Origin: an uncultured Actinomycetota bacterium | Lineage (GTDB): Bacteria; Actinomycetota; Thermoleophilia; Gaiellales; Gaiellaceae | Reading direction: 5' to 3' | DNA: 64,000 bases | Assembly: GCA_963720045.1 (NCBI GenBank) | Contig: CAVREC010000002.1 | Location: forward strand, 69,361-133,360 | Shown here: positions 18,652 through 26,779 of the stretch, piece after piece | Layout: each line of letters opens with the position of its first letter | Position numbering within the stretch: the first letter of the stretch is position 1 | Position numbers and translations under genes: made by a program | The notes under the pieces: generated by a model | The model's input: only the letters and a program-made list of their open reading frames with translations | Told to the model about the DNA's origin: nothing | Database searches by the model: none

Positions 18652-19347
18652 TCATTCCTCGATCTTCGGGATCGAGAGGATAGAGCCGCGCTTCAGGTGC
18701 AGCGGGTCGTCGATCCCGTTCGCCTCGGCGATCGAACGCCAGCGGGTCGGGTCGCGGTAATGGAGAAACGCGATCGAGGCGAGGCTGTCGCCGTCCCGCA
18801 CCGTGTGCGAGCCGAGGCCGGGCTGGGATCGCGTCGTCGGGTTCTGTGGGGCCGCCGAGCCGTGTTGGCTCGACGGGTCCATCGCCCGCTCGGCCTGGAT
18901 CAGCGAGAGCTGAGCCTGCGCGCGCACGGGTGTGCCGTCCGCGCGGAAGAGCGTGTACTGAATGCTCAGGCTGTCGGCGACGGCCTTGAAGGAGACGACG
19001 CTGCCCCAGACGAAGGTGACCATCGGCGGCCGGCCACTGTTTCGGGCGGAGCCCGAGGCGAGCCCCGCCTGCACCTCCATCATGTTGAAGAGCTGCTGGG
19101 TCACCTGGGTGACGTCGAGGCTCTGGGAGTCGGTCGAGTCGAAGAGAAGCTGAAGCGTGAGCTTGCGGGGATGGCCGCCGCCGAACTGCGCGGGCGGAAG
19201 CGCCGTCCCGACGACCGGTTTGACCGTCCAGTCGTTCTGCTTGGCGATCGTGTAGTCCTTGGGGTTGAACCAGCAGTCGATCGGGTCGCCGCCGCCCTCG
19301 ATCTCGAGGCTCGCAAGTTCGAATCCGGTGAGGGGTGGTAGCGGCAT
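18652..19347 (-). CDS. LysM-domain tube-initiator/hub protein (Afp7 / P2 gpX-like)
   Basis: ATG at 19347 lies 2 nt after the upstream stop. C-terminal LysM HTVRDGDSLASIAFLHYRDPTRWRSIAEANGIDDPLHLKRGSILSIP. It sits between the tube-like and VgrG genes. Confidence 0.85.
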   Translation of the reverse strand: MPLPPLTGFELASLEIEGGGDPIDCWFNPKDYTIAKQNDWTVKPVVGTALPPAQFGGGHPRKLTLQLLFDSTDSQSLDVTQVTQQLFNMMEVQAGLASGSARNSGRPPMVTFVWGSVVSFKAVADSLSIQYTLFRADGTPVRAQAQLSLIQAERAMDPSSQHGSAAPQNPTTRSQPGLGSHTVRDGDSLASIAFLHYRDPTRWRSIAEANGIDDPLHLKRGSILSIPKIEE

Positions 19348-19349
19348 GG

Positions 19350-19829
19350 TCAGCTCGGGGGCATGAGGCCCTGGTGGGCGATCTCGAGGGTCTCGGTCGC
19401 GACATTCGTGGACCTGGCGCTGAACGACGGCCCCGACCACTTCACCGGGAACGCCGAGGCGAACGACCACGTGCGAACCTGCTGCCCGTCGTCGCCGAGC
19501 AGGTTGAGGGTGACGTTGCCGCGATCGTCGCGGTCTGAGTCCTGGTCGTAGAACCACTGGAGCAGCGCGTCCTCGTAGGTGATCCCGCGCTTGAGCACGA
19601 GGTTCGGATACTTGAGCGCACCGCGGAACTTGTGGACGTATCGCATCTCGCCTCCTTCCTGGTACTCGAAGATGTCGTACTCGACGCTGAGCCCGCTGCA
19701 CTCGGCGAACGCACCGATCACGGCGTCGTCGAGCAGCACCTGAAACCGGAGCTCGCCGACCGGGTCGGGCAGGCTCGCCGAGTCGCTCTCGGCGCTCGAA
19801 CGGTCGCTTGAATCGGTGTAGTCGGACAT
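19350..19829 (-). CDS. second tube-family protein (Afp5-like, T4 gp19 family)
   Basis: FQVLLDDAVIGAFAECSGLSVEYDIFEYQEGGE..YVHKFRGALKYPNLVLKRGI..WF is paralogous to the tube gene at 23126..23566. AAGGAGA RBS. Confidence 0.85.
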   Translation of the reverse strand: MSDYTDSSDRSSAESDSASLPDPVGELRFQVLLDDAVIGAFAECSGLSVEYDIFEYQEGGEMRYVHKFRGALKYPNLVLKRGITYEDALLQWFYDQDSDRDDRGNVTLNLLGDDGQQVRTWSFASAFPVKWSGPSFSARSTNVATETLEIAHQGLMPPS

Positions 19830-19844
19830 CGTCTCTCCTTGCTG

Positions 19845-22559
19845 CTACGGCAGGTCGCCGAGCAGGTCTCCCATCCGTTCGCGGTCTGCCAGGAGATCGC
19901 GGCGGAGCCGTTCGATCACCTGGGTGTAGATCTCCTCGATGTCCCCGCCACCCCCGCCGCCTCCTCCGCCCTGGGCGGGCGGCGGTGTGGGCGCCGGGGC
20001 GCCCTGGGATGCCGGCGCTTCGCTCGCCGCCGGCTGCGCTCCCGCAGCCGGCTCCGGGCCTGCAGCCCGCATCAGCGACATCGCGGGCGCGAACGCCATG
20101 CCCGCGGGCCGGGGGAAGACGACGGTCTCGTATCCCTCGTCGCCCTGCGAGATCGCGGCGCCGGTCGCTGCGGCGAGCCTCGCCCCGCTCGTAGGCGTCC
20201 GTCTGGAGCCGGGGCCTGCCGCGCCCCGCTGGAGCTGCTGCGGTGCTTCCGAGCGGGCGAGCGTCGCCGTCGCCGCGTGCGGCTCGTGCGCGGCGACCAG
20301 GCGAAGGGCGGGACGACCGCGGCGCGAGGCAACGGCGGAGCCGGAAGCGGCCGTCGCGGGTGCGGCCGAGCGGGCGAGCTGCGAGCCCGCCGCTCCGGTT
20401 CCCGTCGCGGCCGCGGCTTCGAGCGGCTCGGCCGCGAAGGCGGCTGCTGCCTGCGGGATCGGAGCTTCTTCGGCCGCGGGAACGAGCTCGCCGCGCTCGG
20501 CGACGGGGGCTCTGCCACGCGAGGCCCCGCGACGCCCGGCCGCACCGGGCTCGCCGGCGGCAGCCGACGCCGCGGCCTGCCCGACCGCCTGAACAACGAC
20601 CGGCGCCGGGTCGGCGGCGGGAATCCTGGCCGGGGAAGCCAGAGCCGGGGAAGCCGGTGCCTGGGAAGCGGGCGCGGTCTTCGGCGTCTCCGGTGCGGCA
20701 GAGCGGCTGAGCGCTCGGAACGGCCGCATGATCGCGCGGGCGACCGTGCTGCTTCCCGCTCCGACCTCTTCTTCTTCGGCGGGGGATCCGCTGACCGGCG
20801 AGGGCGTTGCCGCGGCGGAACGCGACGGAGTCGTGGCGGCCCCCTCTGCCGGAGCAGGCGGGCCGTCGGCGGCGGGCTCCGGCCCTTGTGCAGGAGGAGG
20901 CGTACCCCCGGCGGCGGGAGGGGGCTCGGGCGAGGACTCGTCGGTGACCGGCGCAGGTGTGCTCGGCGGCGATGCTTCCGGGCCCTGGCCGGGACCGGAT
21001 GCCGGGGCGGCTGCTTCGGAGGCGGTCGGCTCGACGAGCTCGAGCGGCACGGGCGTCGAGGCCGGCCCCGCGCTCTCGGGGCCCGCGGGCGCCGGCGGCT
21101 CCGTCCCTGACGACGGGCCTTCAGCGCTTTCCGCCTGCTCCCCTGCCGGAGCCTCGGCCTCGTTCGGGTACGGCACCGGAACCGGCCCGGCAGGCGGGGA
21201 CGGCGGCGTCTCGGGCCCTGTTGGCGACCCGCCTGGCGAGGCGGGCGGTGCCGGCGTCGGGGAGGGCCCGGCCTCGGACGGTGGGCCACTCGCGGGGGCG
21301 GAAGTTGTCGGCGCGGCGCCTGCCGGAGACTGCACGCTGTCTGCCCACGGGTCGCGGGAATCGCGTGCGAGCGCAGGGGTGAGCTGGGGCGTCGGCCGGG
21401 ACGTTGCCCCGACCGCCGTCGGGACGGCCGGGCCCGGCGTCACGGCCTCGGGCTCACGACGCAAGAGGGCATCGACGACGCGCTGCACGAGGCCACGCGC
21501 GGGCACCGCCTCGGCGGGAGCCGCAGGCGCGGGAGAAGGCGGCTCGTCGAGCTCAGCCTCGGGCTCGGCGGGCCGCCGGCGCACTTCGAGCGCTGGACGC
21601 TGCACGGCCTCGCGCGGTGCGGGTGCGAGGCTGAGCTTGGCGCGCGGCATCGGCGCGGCCGAAGCCGCCGGCGTTTCGGGCGGCGCAGCTCCTGACCCGG
21701 GAACGACGGGCGGTTCGGAGCTCAGCGGCTCCGGGATACCGGGTGCTTCCTGCGGCCCTCCACTTGGCGGCTCTCCACTGGGCTGCCCCGCACTGGGCTG
21801 CCCCGCACTGGGCTGCCCTGCACTGGGCGGCCCCGCACTGGGCGGCCCCGCACTGGGCGGCGCTCCAGCCACCGATTCTGGGCCCACCGACTGCGGGCTG
21901 CCTGACCTGGACGTCTCGGTCAGGGGCTCGACGGGTGCGGGAGCCCTGACCGCGGGCCGACGTGTCGAGAGGACGTTTCGCGGAGCCGGCGGAGTCGTGG
22001 TCGCCCGCGGCTCGACAGGCACCGGCGCGCTTTCGAGCTCGGCCGGAGCCTCCGGCTCCTCGGGCGGCGCCGGGGTTTCGGGAGCGGCGACCGGCGGAGC
22101 AGGCGACGGCCTGCGGGAGAGCTTGAACGACGTCACCTCCTCGACCCGTCCGCGCTGGACGGGCTGCGACCGCCGCTCGGTCTCGGCCTGGGCCGCCTGC
22201 GCCTCACGGGCGTCGCGCTGGTCGCGCTCGACGAGGAACGCCGGGCGCTCCCTGTCTACCGGCGCCATGTCCTTCAGTGCGGCCTCGCCCGCGATCGGGA
22301 TTCCCTCGGGTGGCCCGTCGCCGAAGAGCCACCGCGCTGCGAAGTCGCTCATCCCCGGCGGCCGCGGAATCGGAGCCTCTTCCACCCGTCCCGAGCGCGC
22401 GATCGAGCGGCCACGCGCCAGCCGCGTCGAGCTCTCGACGATCTTCTCCGGCGTCCGCGCCGCGACGACGCTCTGGGCCAGGCGCAGCCCGCCGACCCGC
22501 GGCGCGGAGGCATGCCGCGCGACGACCCGCCGTCCGAGCAGTCTGAGCCGGCCGGTCAT
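19845..22559 (-). CDS. tape-measure-slot protein, about 900 aa, mostly Pro/Ala/Ser/Gly low complexity
   Basis: It occupies the position between the chaperone-like ORFs and the distal tube/hub genes. The N-terminal roughly 130 aa and the C-terminal DIEEIYTQVIERLRRDLLADRERMGDLLGDLP look ordered; the middle is repetitive. ATG at 22559 lies 5 nt after the upstream stop. The functional call rests on synteny only. Confidence 0.55.
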   Translation of the reverse strand: MTGRLRLLGRRVVARHASAPRVGGLRLAQSVVAARTPEKIVESSTRLARGRSIARSGRVEEAPIPRPPGMSDFAARWLFGDGPPEGIPIAGEAALKDMAPVDRERPAFLVERDQRDAREAQAAQAETERRSQPVQRGRVEEVTSFKLSRRPSPAPPVAAPETPAPPEEPEAPAELESAPVPVEPRATTTPPAPRNVLSTRRPAVRAPAPVEPLTETSRSGSPQSVGPESVAGAPPSAGPPSAGPPSAGQPSAGQPSAGQPSGEPPSGGPQEAPGIPEPLSSEPPVVPGSGAAPPETPAASAAPMPRAKLSLAPAPREAVQRPALEVRRRPAEPEAELDEPPSPAPAAPAEAVPARGLVQRVVDALLRREPEAVTPGPAVPTAVGATSRPTPQLTPALARDSRDPWADSVQSPAGAAPTTSAPASGPPSEAGPSPTPAPPASPGGSPTGPETPPSPPAGPVPVPYPNEAEAPAGEQAESAEGPSSGTEPPAPAGPESAGPASTPVPLELVEPTASEAAAPASGPGQGPEASPPSTPAPVTDESSPEPPPAAGGTPPPAQGPEPAADGPPAPAEGAATTPSRSAAATPSPVSGSPAEEEEVGAGSSTVARAIMRPFRALSRSAAPETPKTAPASQAPASPALASPARIPAADPAPVVVQAVGQAAASAAAGEPGAAGRRGASRGRAPVAERGELVPAAEEAPIPQAAAAFAAEPLEAAAATGTGAAGSQLARSAAPATAASGSAVASRRGRPALRLVAAHEPHAATATLARSEAPQQLQRGAAGPGSRRTPTSGARLAAATGAAISQGDEGYETVVFPRPAGMAFAPAMSLMRAAGPEPAAGAQPAASEAPASQGAPAPTPPPAQGGGGGGGGGDIEEIYTQVIERLRRDLLADRERMGDLLGDLP
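21776..21860 (-). repeat. 15-bp coding tandem repeat (PSAGP/PSAGQ, about 5.5 copies)
   Basis: cactgggctgccccg recurs at 21776, 21791, 21806, 21821 and 21836, with a partial copy at 21851. Confidence 0.85.
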
Positions 22560-22564
22560 GTGCG

Positions 22565-22723
22565 CTAATAGCCCCCGACGCGGGCCGAGATCGCATCGGC
22601 CTCTTCGAGGAAGCGCCGGCGGTCGGGGTGTTCGAGGTCGAGGATCGTGTCGAGCGGCCAGTGGAAGTGATAGGCGAGCTCGGCCGCCTCCGCGATCAGC
22701 TCATGCGGAGACGGCCTGTTCAT
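22565..22723 (-). CDS. small 52-aa protein in the -1 frame relative to the preceding ORF (tail assembly chaperone E'-like position)
   Basis: MNRPSPHELIAEAAELAYHFHWPLDTILDLEHPDRRRFLEEADAISARVGGY. Its ATG overlaps the upstream stop as ATGA (22720..23). It is wedged between the tube side and the tape-measure slot. Confidence 0.5.
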   Translation of the reverse strand: MNRPSPHELIAEAAELAYHFHWPLDTILDLEHPDRRRFLEEADAISARVGGY

Positions 22724-23097
22724 TCCCCCAGGCGCCTGTCCTCGACCTCTGTCAGGTCCACTTCGAAGGACTGCGAGCAGGAAGGACACGTCACCGCCCC
22801 GACCGACTCGCCGTCGGTGTTCAGTCGCTCGTAGAGCCGTTGGAGGTGGTCGAAGTCGGCCGCGAAGAGGCCCTCGACAACGTCCGGCGTGACGTCCGAG
22901 ACGTCCCCGAGCTTCGTCACGACGCGCGACAGCAGGAGCACCGAGAGGTACGCCTCGTTCTGCCGGACCTCGACAGAACGGAGCGGCTCGATCTCGTCGC
23001 GCGCCGTGGCAAGGCGCATTGCGCCCTGACGATGGACGTTGCCTGCCGCGTCCACGTACCCCCGCGGCAGCGTGAACGGGAACTCTGTCTGCATCAA
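22720..23097 (-). CDS. small 125-aa CIS protein (tail assembly chaperone-like position) with a C-terminal CxxC
   Basis: MMQTEFPFTLPRGYVDAAGNVHRQGAMRLATARDEIEPLR...VTCPSCSQSFEVDL. It lies immediately downstream of the tube gene. The function is inferred from synteny with the phage G/GT or P2 E/E+E' genes. Confidence 0.6.
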   Translation of the reverse strand: MMQTEFPFTLPRGYVDAAGNVHRQGAMRLATARDEIEPLRSVEVRQNEAYLSVLLLSRVVTKLGDVSDVTPDVVEGLFAADFDHLQRLYERLNTDGESVGAVTCPSCSQSFEVDLTEVEDRRLGE

Positions 23098-23125
23098 GTG
23101 ACCTCCTCAACCCCCTCGTTGCTCG

Positions 23126-23566
23126 TTACTCCCTCGTGAACCCTTCGTGGCAGATGTGCAGTTCCTCGAGCGCGACGTTGTTCGTCGAGGCATCGAGGGT
23201 TGCGGCGACGTACTTGATCGCCCATCCCTGTTTGAACTGGTAGGTGGCGATCGTGCCGCCGTCGATGTCGAGCAGCTCGACCTTGCCGTCGACTCTCGCG
23301 GCGTCGGCGCCCTTGTTGATCACGTCGTCACGCCACTGCCAGATGTCCATGCTCTCGTCGACGCCGCGCTTGAGGACGATGTTCGCCCACTTGATCCCGC
23401 CCGCGACCTTGCGGGTGTAAGGGCGGCCGTTCGCGTCGATCGACTTGTGCTCGAGCACCTCGGTCTCGGAGTCGAATCCCGAGGCCTCCTTGAACACACC
23501 CACTGACTCCTTGCCGCCGAGCGTCAGGCGGAAGAATGACGCTGGGCGTGGCTCTCTGATCGGCAT
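23126..23566 (-). CDS. tail tube protein (Afp1-like, T4 gp19 family)
   Basis: FFRLTLGGKESVGVFKEASGFDSETEVLEHKSIDANG...KVAGGIKWANIVLKRGV. GGAGGAG RBS. Directly downstream of the sheath gene. Confidence 0.9.
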   Translation of the reverse strand: MPIREPRPASFFRLTLGGKESVGVFKEASGFDSETEVLEHKSIDANGRPYTRKVAGGIKWANIVLKRGVDESMDIWQWRDDVINKGADAARVDGKVELLDIDGGTIATYQFKQGWAIKYVAATLDASTNNVALEELHICHEGFTRE

Positions 23567-23588
23567 TTAGCTCCTCCTCTCTTTGTGT

Positions 23589-25136
23589 CTAGGCGATTTC
23601 GCTGACGCCCGCGGCGAACTGGCTGATCCGGAAGATCACGAACTCGGCCGGCTTCGTGGGGCAGATCCCGATCTCGACGACGACCTGGCCCGCCTCGATC
23701 ACGTCCTGGGGGTTGGTCTCTGCGTCGCACTTCACGTAGTAGGCGTCACTCGGCGAGGCGCCGAAGAGCGCACCCTGCCGCCACGTGCGGTTCAGGAAGT
23801 TCGCGGCCGAGATGCGCAGCGAGCTCCAGAGGCGCTCGTCGTTCGGCTCGAACACGGCCCACTGCGTCCCCTCCATGATCGACTCGGAGACGTAGTTGAA
23901 GAGCCGGCGGACGTTCACGTACCGCCACTCGGGATCGCTCGAGAGCGTGCGGGCGCCCCAGATGCGGATGCCGCGGCCGGGGAACGCCCGGATGCAGTTG
24001 ATCCCGCGCTGGTTCAGGCCGCCCTGCTCCTCGCCGGTGATCTGGAAGGCGACGCCGTTGACGCCGAGGGTCACTTCGTTCGCGGGCGCCTTGTGGACGC
24101 CCCGGGTTCCGTCGGTGCGCGCCCAGACGCCGGCGACATGGCCGGACGGCGGGACGAGCAGCGGGCGCTTGGAGATCGGATCCATGACCTCGAGCCACGG
24201 GTAGTAGAGCGTCGCGAACTTCGAGTCGTACCCCGCGGAGTTCATCCGCCAGTCGAGCGCGTCCTGCGGGTTCAGGTTCGGCGGCGGATCGAGGATCGCC
24301 ATCCGGTCGCCCATGTTCTCGCAGTGGGCGATCATCTTGCCCTGCAGGTCGCGGAAGCCCGTGTCGTCGCCGTTCCCGGCGAACGTCACGGCGTCGGGGA
24401 CGATCACCATCGTGACCTCGTCCACGGCCGCCAGGGCCCCCATGCCTTCGCGCTTGGCGACATCGCCCTCGAACTGCGTGGTGGTGATCGCGTCGCTCGA
24501 CTGCTTCGGCATCGAGAGCGTGAAGCTTCCGGTCGCGAGCGAGACGTCCGGGAGGCTCCCGCCCGTCTCCTCGAGCTTGATCAGCTTGGAGGTGGCGTTG
24601 ACCTTCGTGACGATGTAGGCGCGGCCCTTCTTGGCGCTGAGGCCGTCGAACTCCTCGGTAGCGCTTCCCGCGGTGACGACGAGCTTGTAGGTCGCCGGCG
24701 AGTCGTCGCCGTCGCCCCCGCCCGTTCCCTCGGTGGTCAGGTCGAGCTTGACGTCCGTGTCGACGCCCTTCTGGGCAACCGCGCGGAATGCCTCCGAGCT
24801 GCCGTCGCCCGCGGCCGGCAACGCGGCCTGGCGGACGCCGCCGTCGGAGCTTCCGACGCGGACGATCCAGCAGAGGCCGCCGCCGTTCTGGAACCAGCCG
24901 TAGACGCTGTGGGCGAGGTACGCGCCCTCCATGAACGGTCCGTTCTCCGGGTTCTGGGCGTCGCCGTAGATCGTCGCGAACTGTGTCCAGTTCGCAATCC
25001 GGGTCGGCCGGTTCACGGGCCCGCCGGGGGCCAGGCCGACGAACGCGGCGATCGACGTGCCCACCCCTTCGATCGGCTTGTTCGCCGAGGGAACCTCCTC
25101 GACGTACACGCCCGGGGTCAAATAACTTGTCGCCAT
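23589..25136 (-). CDS. contractile tail sheath protein (Afp2-like)
   Basis: Canonical N-terminus MATSYLTPGVYVEEVPSANKPIEGVGTSIAAFVGLAP and C-terminal sheath core (YYPWLEV.., GVHKAPANE.., INCIRAFPGRGIRIWGART). 515 aa. Confidence 0.95.
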   Translation of the reverse strand: MATSYLTPGVYVEEVPSANKPIEGVGTSIAAFVGLAPGGPVNRPTRIANWTQFATIYGDAQNPENGPFMEGAYLAHSVYGWFQNGGGLCWIVRVGSSDGGVRQAALPAAGDGSSEAFRAVAQKGVDTDVKLDLTTEGTGGGDGDDSPATYKLVVTAGSATEEFDGLSAKKGRAYIVTKVNATSKLIKLEETGGSLPDVSLATGSFTLSMPKQSSDAITTTQFEGDVAKREGMGALAAVDEVTMVIVPDAVTFAGNGDDTGFRDLQGKMIAHCENMGDRMAILDPPPNLNPQDALDWRMNSAGYDSKFATLYYPWLEVMDPISKRPLLVPPSGHVAGVWARTDGTRGVHKAPANEVTLGVNGVAFQITGEEQGGLNQRGINCIRAFPGRGIRIWGARTLSSDPEWRYVNVRRLFNYVSESIMEGTQWAVFEPNDERLWSSLRISAANFLNRTWRQGALFGASPSDAYYVKCDAETNPQDVIEAGQVVVEIGICPTKPAEFVIFRISQFAAGVSEIA

Positions 25137-25152
25137 CTCACTCCCTTCCTTC

Positions 25153-25506
25153 TTAGGTCGGTCGACCGGTATGGAGCTCCCGAATGAGTGCCTCGGAAGC
25201 GGAAGCTGGTATGCGTCTTGGTGAGGTGCTGCCGGGGTCGAACACCTGCATCTCCGCCTCGTCGCGCGGCCAGAGGATCAGCTTTGCCCCGGGTGCGGCA
25301 ATCCGGACGCGGTCGCCCAGGTCGGTCAAGCTGCTTCGCTCGAGGCCGAGGACGATCGCGTCGGGTTGAAGGGCCCGTGCCTGTTCGACGAAGGCGTCCG
25401 GAAGCTCGTCGTCGCCGACGACTTCGAGTCCTTCATCCTCGAGAACCCGTGTCATTCCGAGCCTGGCAACGGGCTCGAGGTTCCCGATCAGGGCCCGTCG
25501 AGACAT
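25153..25506 (-). CDS. stand-alone receiver-like (pseudo-receiver) domain protein
   Basis: ATG at 25506. There is an alternating beta/alpha pattern like CheY (ALIGNLEP / LEVVGD / DAIVLGLE / KLILW). The acidic pocket and phospho-acceptor Asp positions appear substituted (GNLEP, VLGLE). There is no output domain. Confidence 0.45.
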   Translation of the reverse strand: MSRRALIGNLEPVARLGMTRVLEDEGLEVVGDDELPDAFVEQARALQPDAIVLGLERSSLTDLGDRVRIAAPGAKLILWPRDEAEMQVFDPGSTSPRRIPASASEALIRELHTGRPT

Positions 25507-25689
25507 GGCGTGAACTGTGGTTTTTCCCGGCGCAGAGCGCCAGAGGCGCCGGTGCATCGAAGAGGGCAGCATTCGCGCCCCAATGGGGCAAGCGCCGGCG
25601 GTTCGTCAGCCGCTCGAAGAAGCTCCAACTCGATGAGCACGTTGCTGCCTGGACGCGCTGGGCACGCGCAGTCAGCGAGTGGGATTGAG

Positions 25690-26583
25690 TTAGGGCTTCG
25701 CGGCGGCGGCCTTCGCCGCGCCGCCGAGCACGAGCTCCGCGCCCTGGCCCGGAATCGCGAGGGAGGCCTTCGTCTCCTTGCCGTCGGGCCCGCGCGCAAC
25801 CACCGTGTATTTGCCGGAGTGGAGGCGATCGAAGCGGAAGCGGCCCTCGCCGTCGGTCACGGCGAGCTGCCCCGTCTCCTGGAGGAGAACCCACACGTTC
25901 CGGATCGCCTCACCGTTGCCGTTCACGACGGTGCCGCCGCTCCGGTGCATCTCGAGCAGCGTTGCGTTCCTGGCATCGCGGTCGAAGAGCCGGGTCGTCG
26001 CTGTCTTCACCTCGGGGCCGCGCTCGAGCGAGACGCCGGACTCGCAGGAAAGCGTCACCACGTAGTTGAAGGACGCCTTGTACTGGCCGCCGACCGCGCT
26101 CCAGAAGTCCGAGGCGTCCTCGTGGCGCTCCTGTGCGGTCGTCGTCTTCAGCGGGAAGCGCTGCGAGCCGTTCGCGAGCGAGGCCGCCAGCATCTCGGCC
26201 GGCAGGACCGGGAAGGCGTAGAAGATCGCCATCGTCTGCGAGAGCAGCCGGTGCTCGTCCTGCACGTCGCGCGTCCAGGCGGTCACCGCGTACGACGCAT
26301 CGATGCGGAGCGGGGGCCGTAGGTCGGTCGTGCGCCCTTCGCGAACCTGCTCCTGCCACTCGATCGGCCGAAGGTCCTTCGCCTCGCGGATGTCGTAGAG
26401 GAAGAGGTTCACCGCGGGGCTCGAGAGCGACGCCGCCCATTCCTTGTCGGGCGCGTCGAACTCGATCTCGACCCCGTCGAAGCCGTGGCGCTCGAGGTCA
26501 CGCTTGAGCAGGTTCTTCAGCGACTCGTCCAGGTCGGCGAGCATCGTGTTGATCGGAACCTGGATCTTCATCGGCAGCGCCAT
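25690..26583 (-). CDS. tail terminator/cap protein (DUF4255, Pvc16/Afp16-like) with C-terminal carboxypeptidase-regulatory-like beta-sandwich
   Basis: N-terminal INTMLADLDESLKNLLKRDL...PAVNLFLYDIRE is typical of DUF4255. C-terminal GTVVNGNGEAIRNVWVLLQETGQLAVTDGEGRFRFDRLHSGKYTVVA. Confidence 0.8.
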   Translation of the reverse strand: MALPMKIQVPINTMLADLDESLKNLLKRDLERHGFDGVEIEFDAPDKEWAASLSSPAVNLFLYDIREAKDLRPIEWQEQVREGRTTDLRPPLRIDASYAVTAWTRDVQDEHRLLSQTMAIFYAFPVLPAEMLAASLANGSQRFPLKTTTAQERHEDASDFWSAVGGQYKASFNYVVTLSCESGVSLERGPEVKTATTRLFDRDARNATLLEMHRSGGTVVNGNGEAIRNVWVLLQETGQLAVTDGEGRFRFDRLHSGKYTVVARGPDGKETKASLAIPGQGAELVLGGAAKAAAAKP

Positions 26584-26657
26584 GCAAGGAGTCTGTCAGA
26601 TCGGTGAGGAACCGATAGGGGCGGGTGGGGTAGCGCTTCGTGACCGAAAGGGCAGGT

Positions 26658-26682
26658 GATCGGGCATCGAGAATGCCCGATC
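26658..26682. promoter_or_regulatory. perfect 10-bp inverted repeat in the divergent intergenic region
   Basis: GATCGGGCAT-cgaga-ATGCCCGATC read directly. It lies between the cap gene start (26583, -) and the + strand gene starting at 26780/26786. Confidence 0.35.
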
Positions 26683-26779
26683 CGTCTCCCCGCCGAGCCT
26701 CATTTCGGCCCGCTCGGTTCCGAGGTCTCAACCGGGAACGCCCGCAGAGCGCCGAGGCCCTAGCGGTATCATCGGGTTC

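Noticed and set aside
19839-23139. Plus-strand ORFs 19839..21110 and 20728..23139 and the other ORFs opposite the tape-measure-slot gene
   Set aside because: They are antisense to a tightly coupled operon and have low-complexity Gly/Arg/Ala products. The tape-measure-slot gene is itself low complexity, so this is the least certain rejection in the locus.
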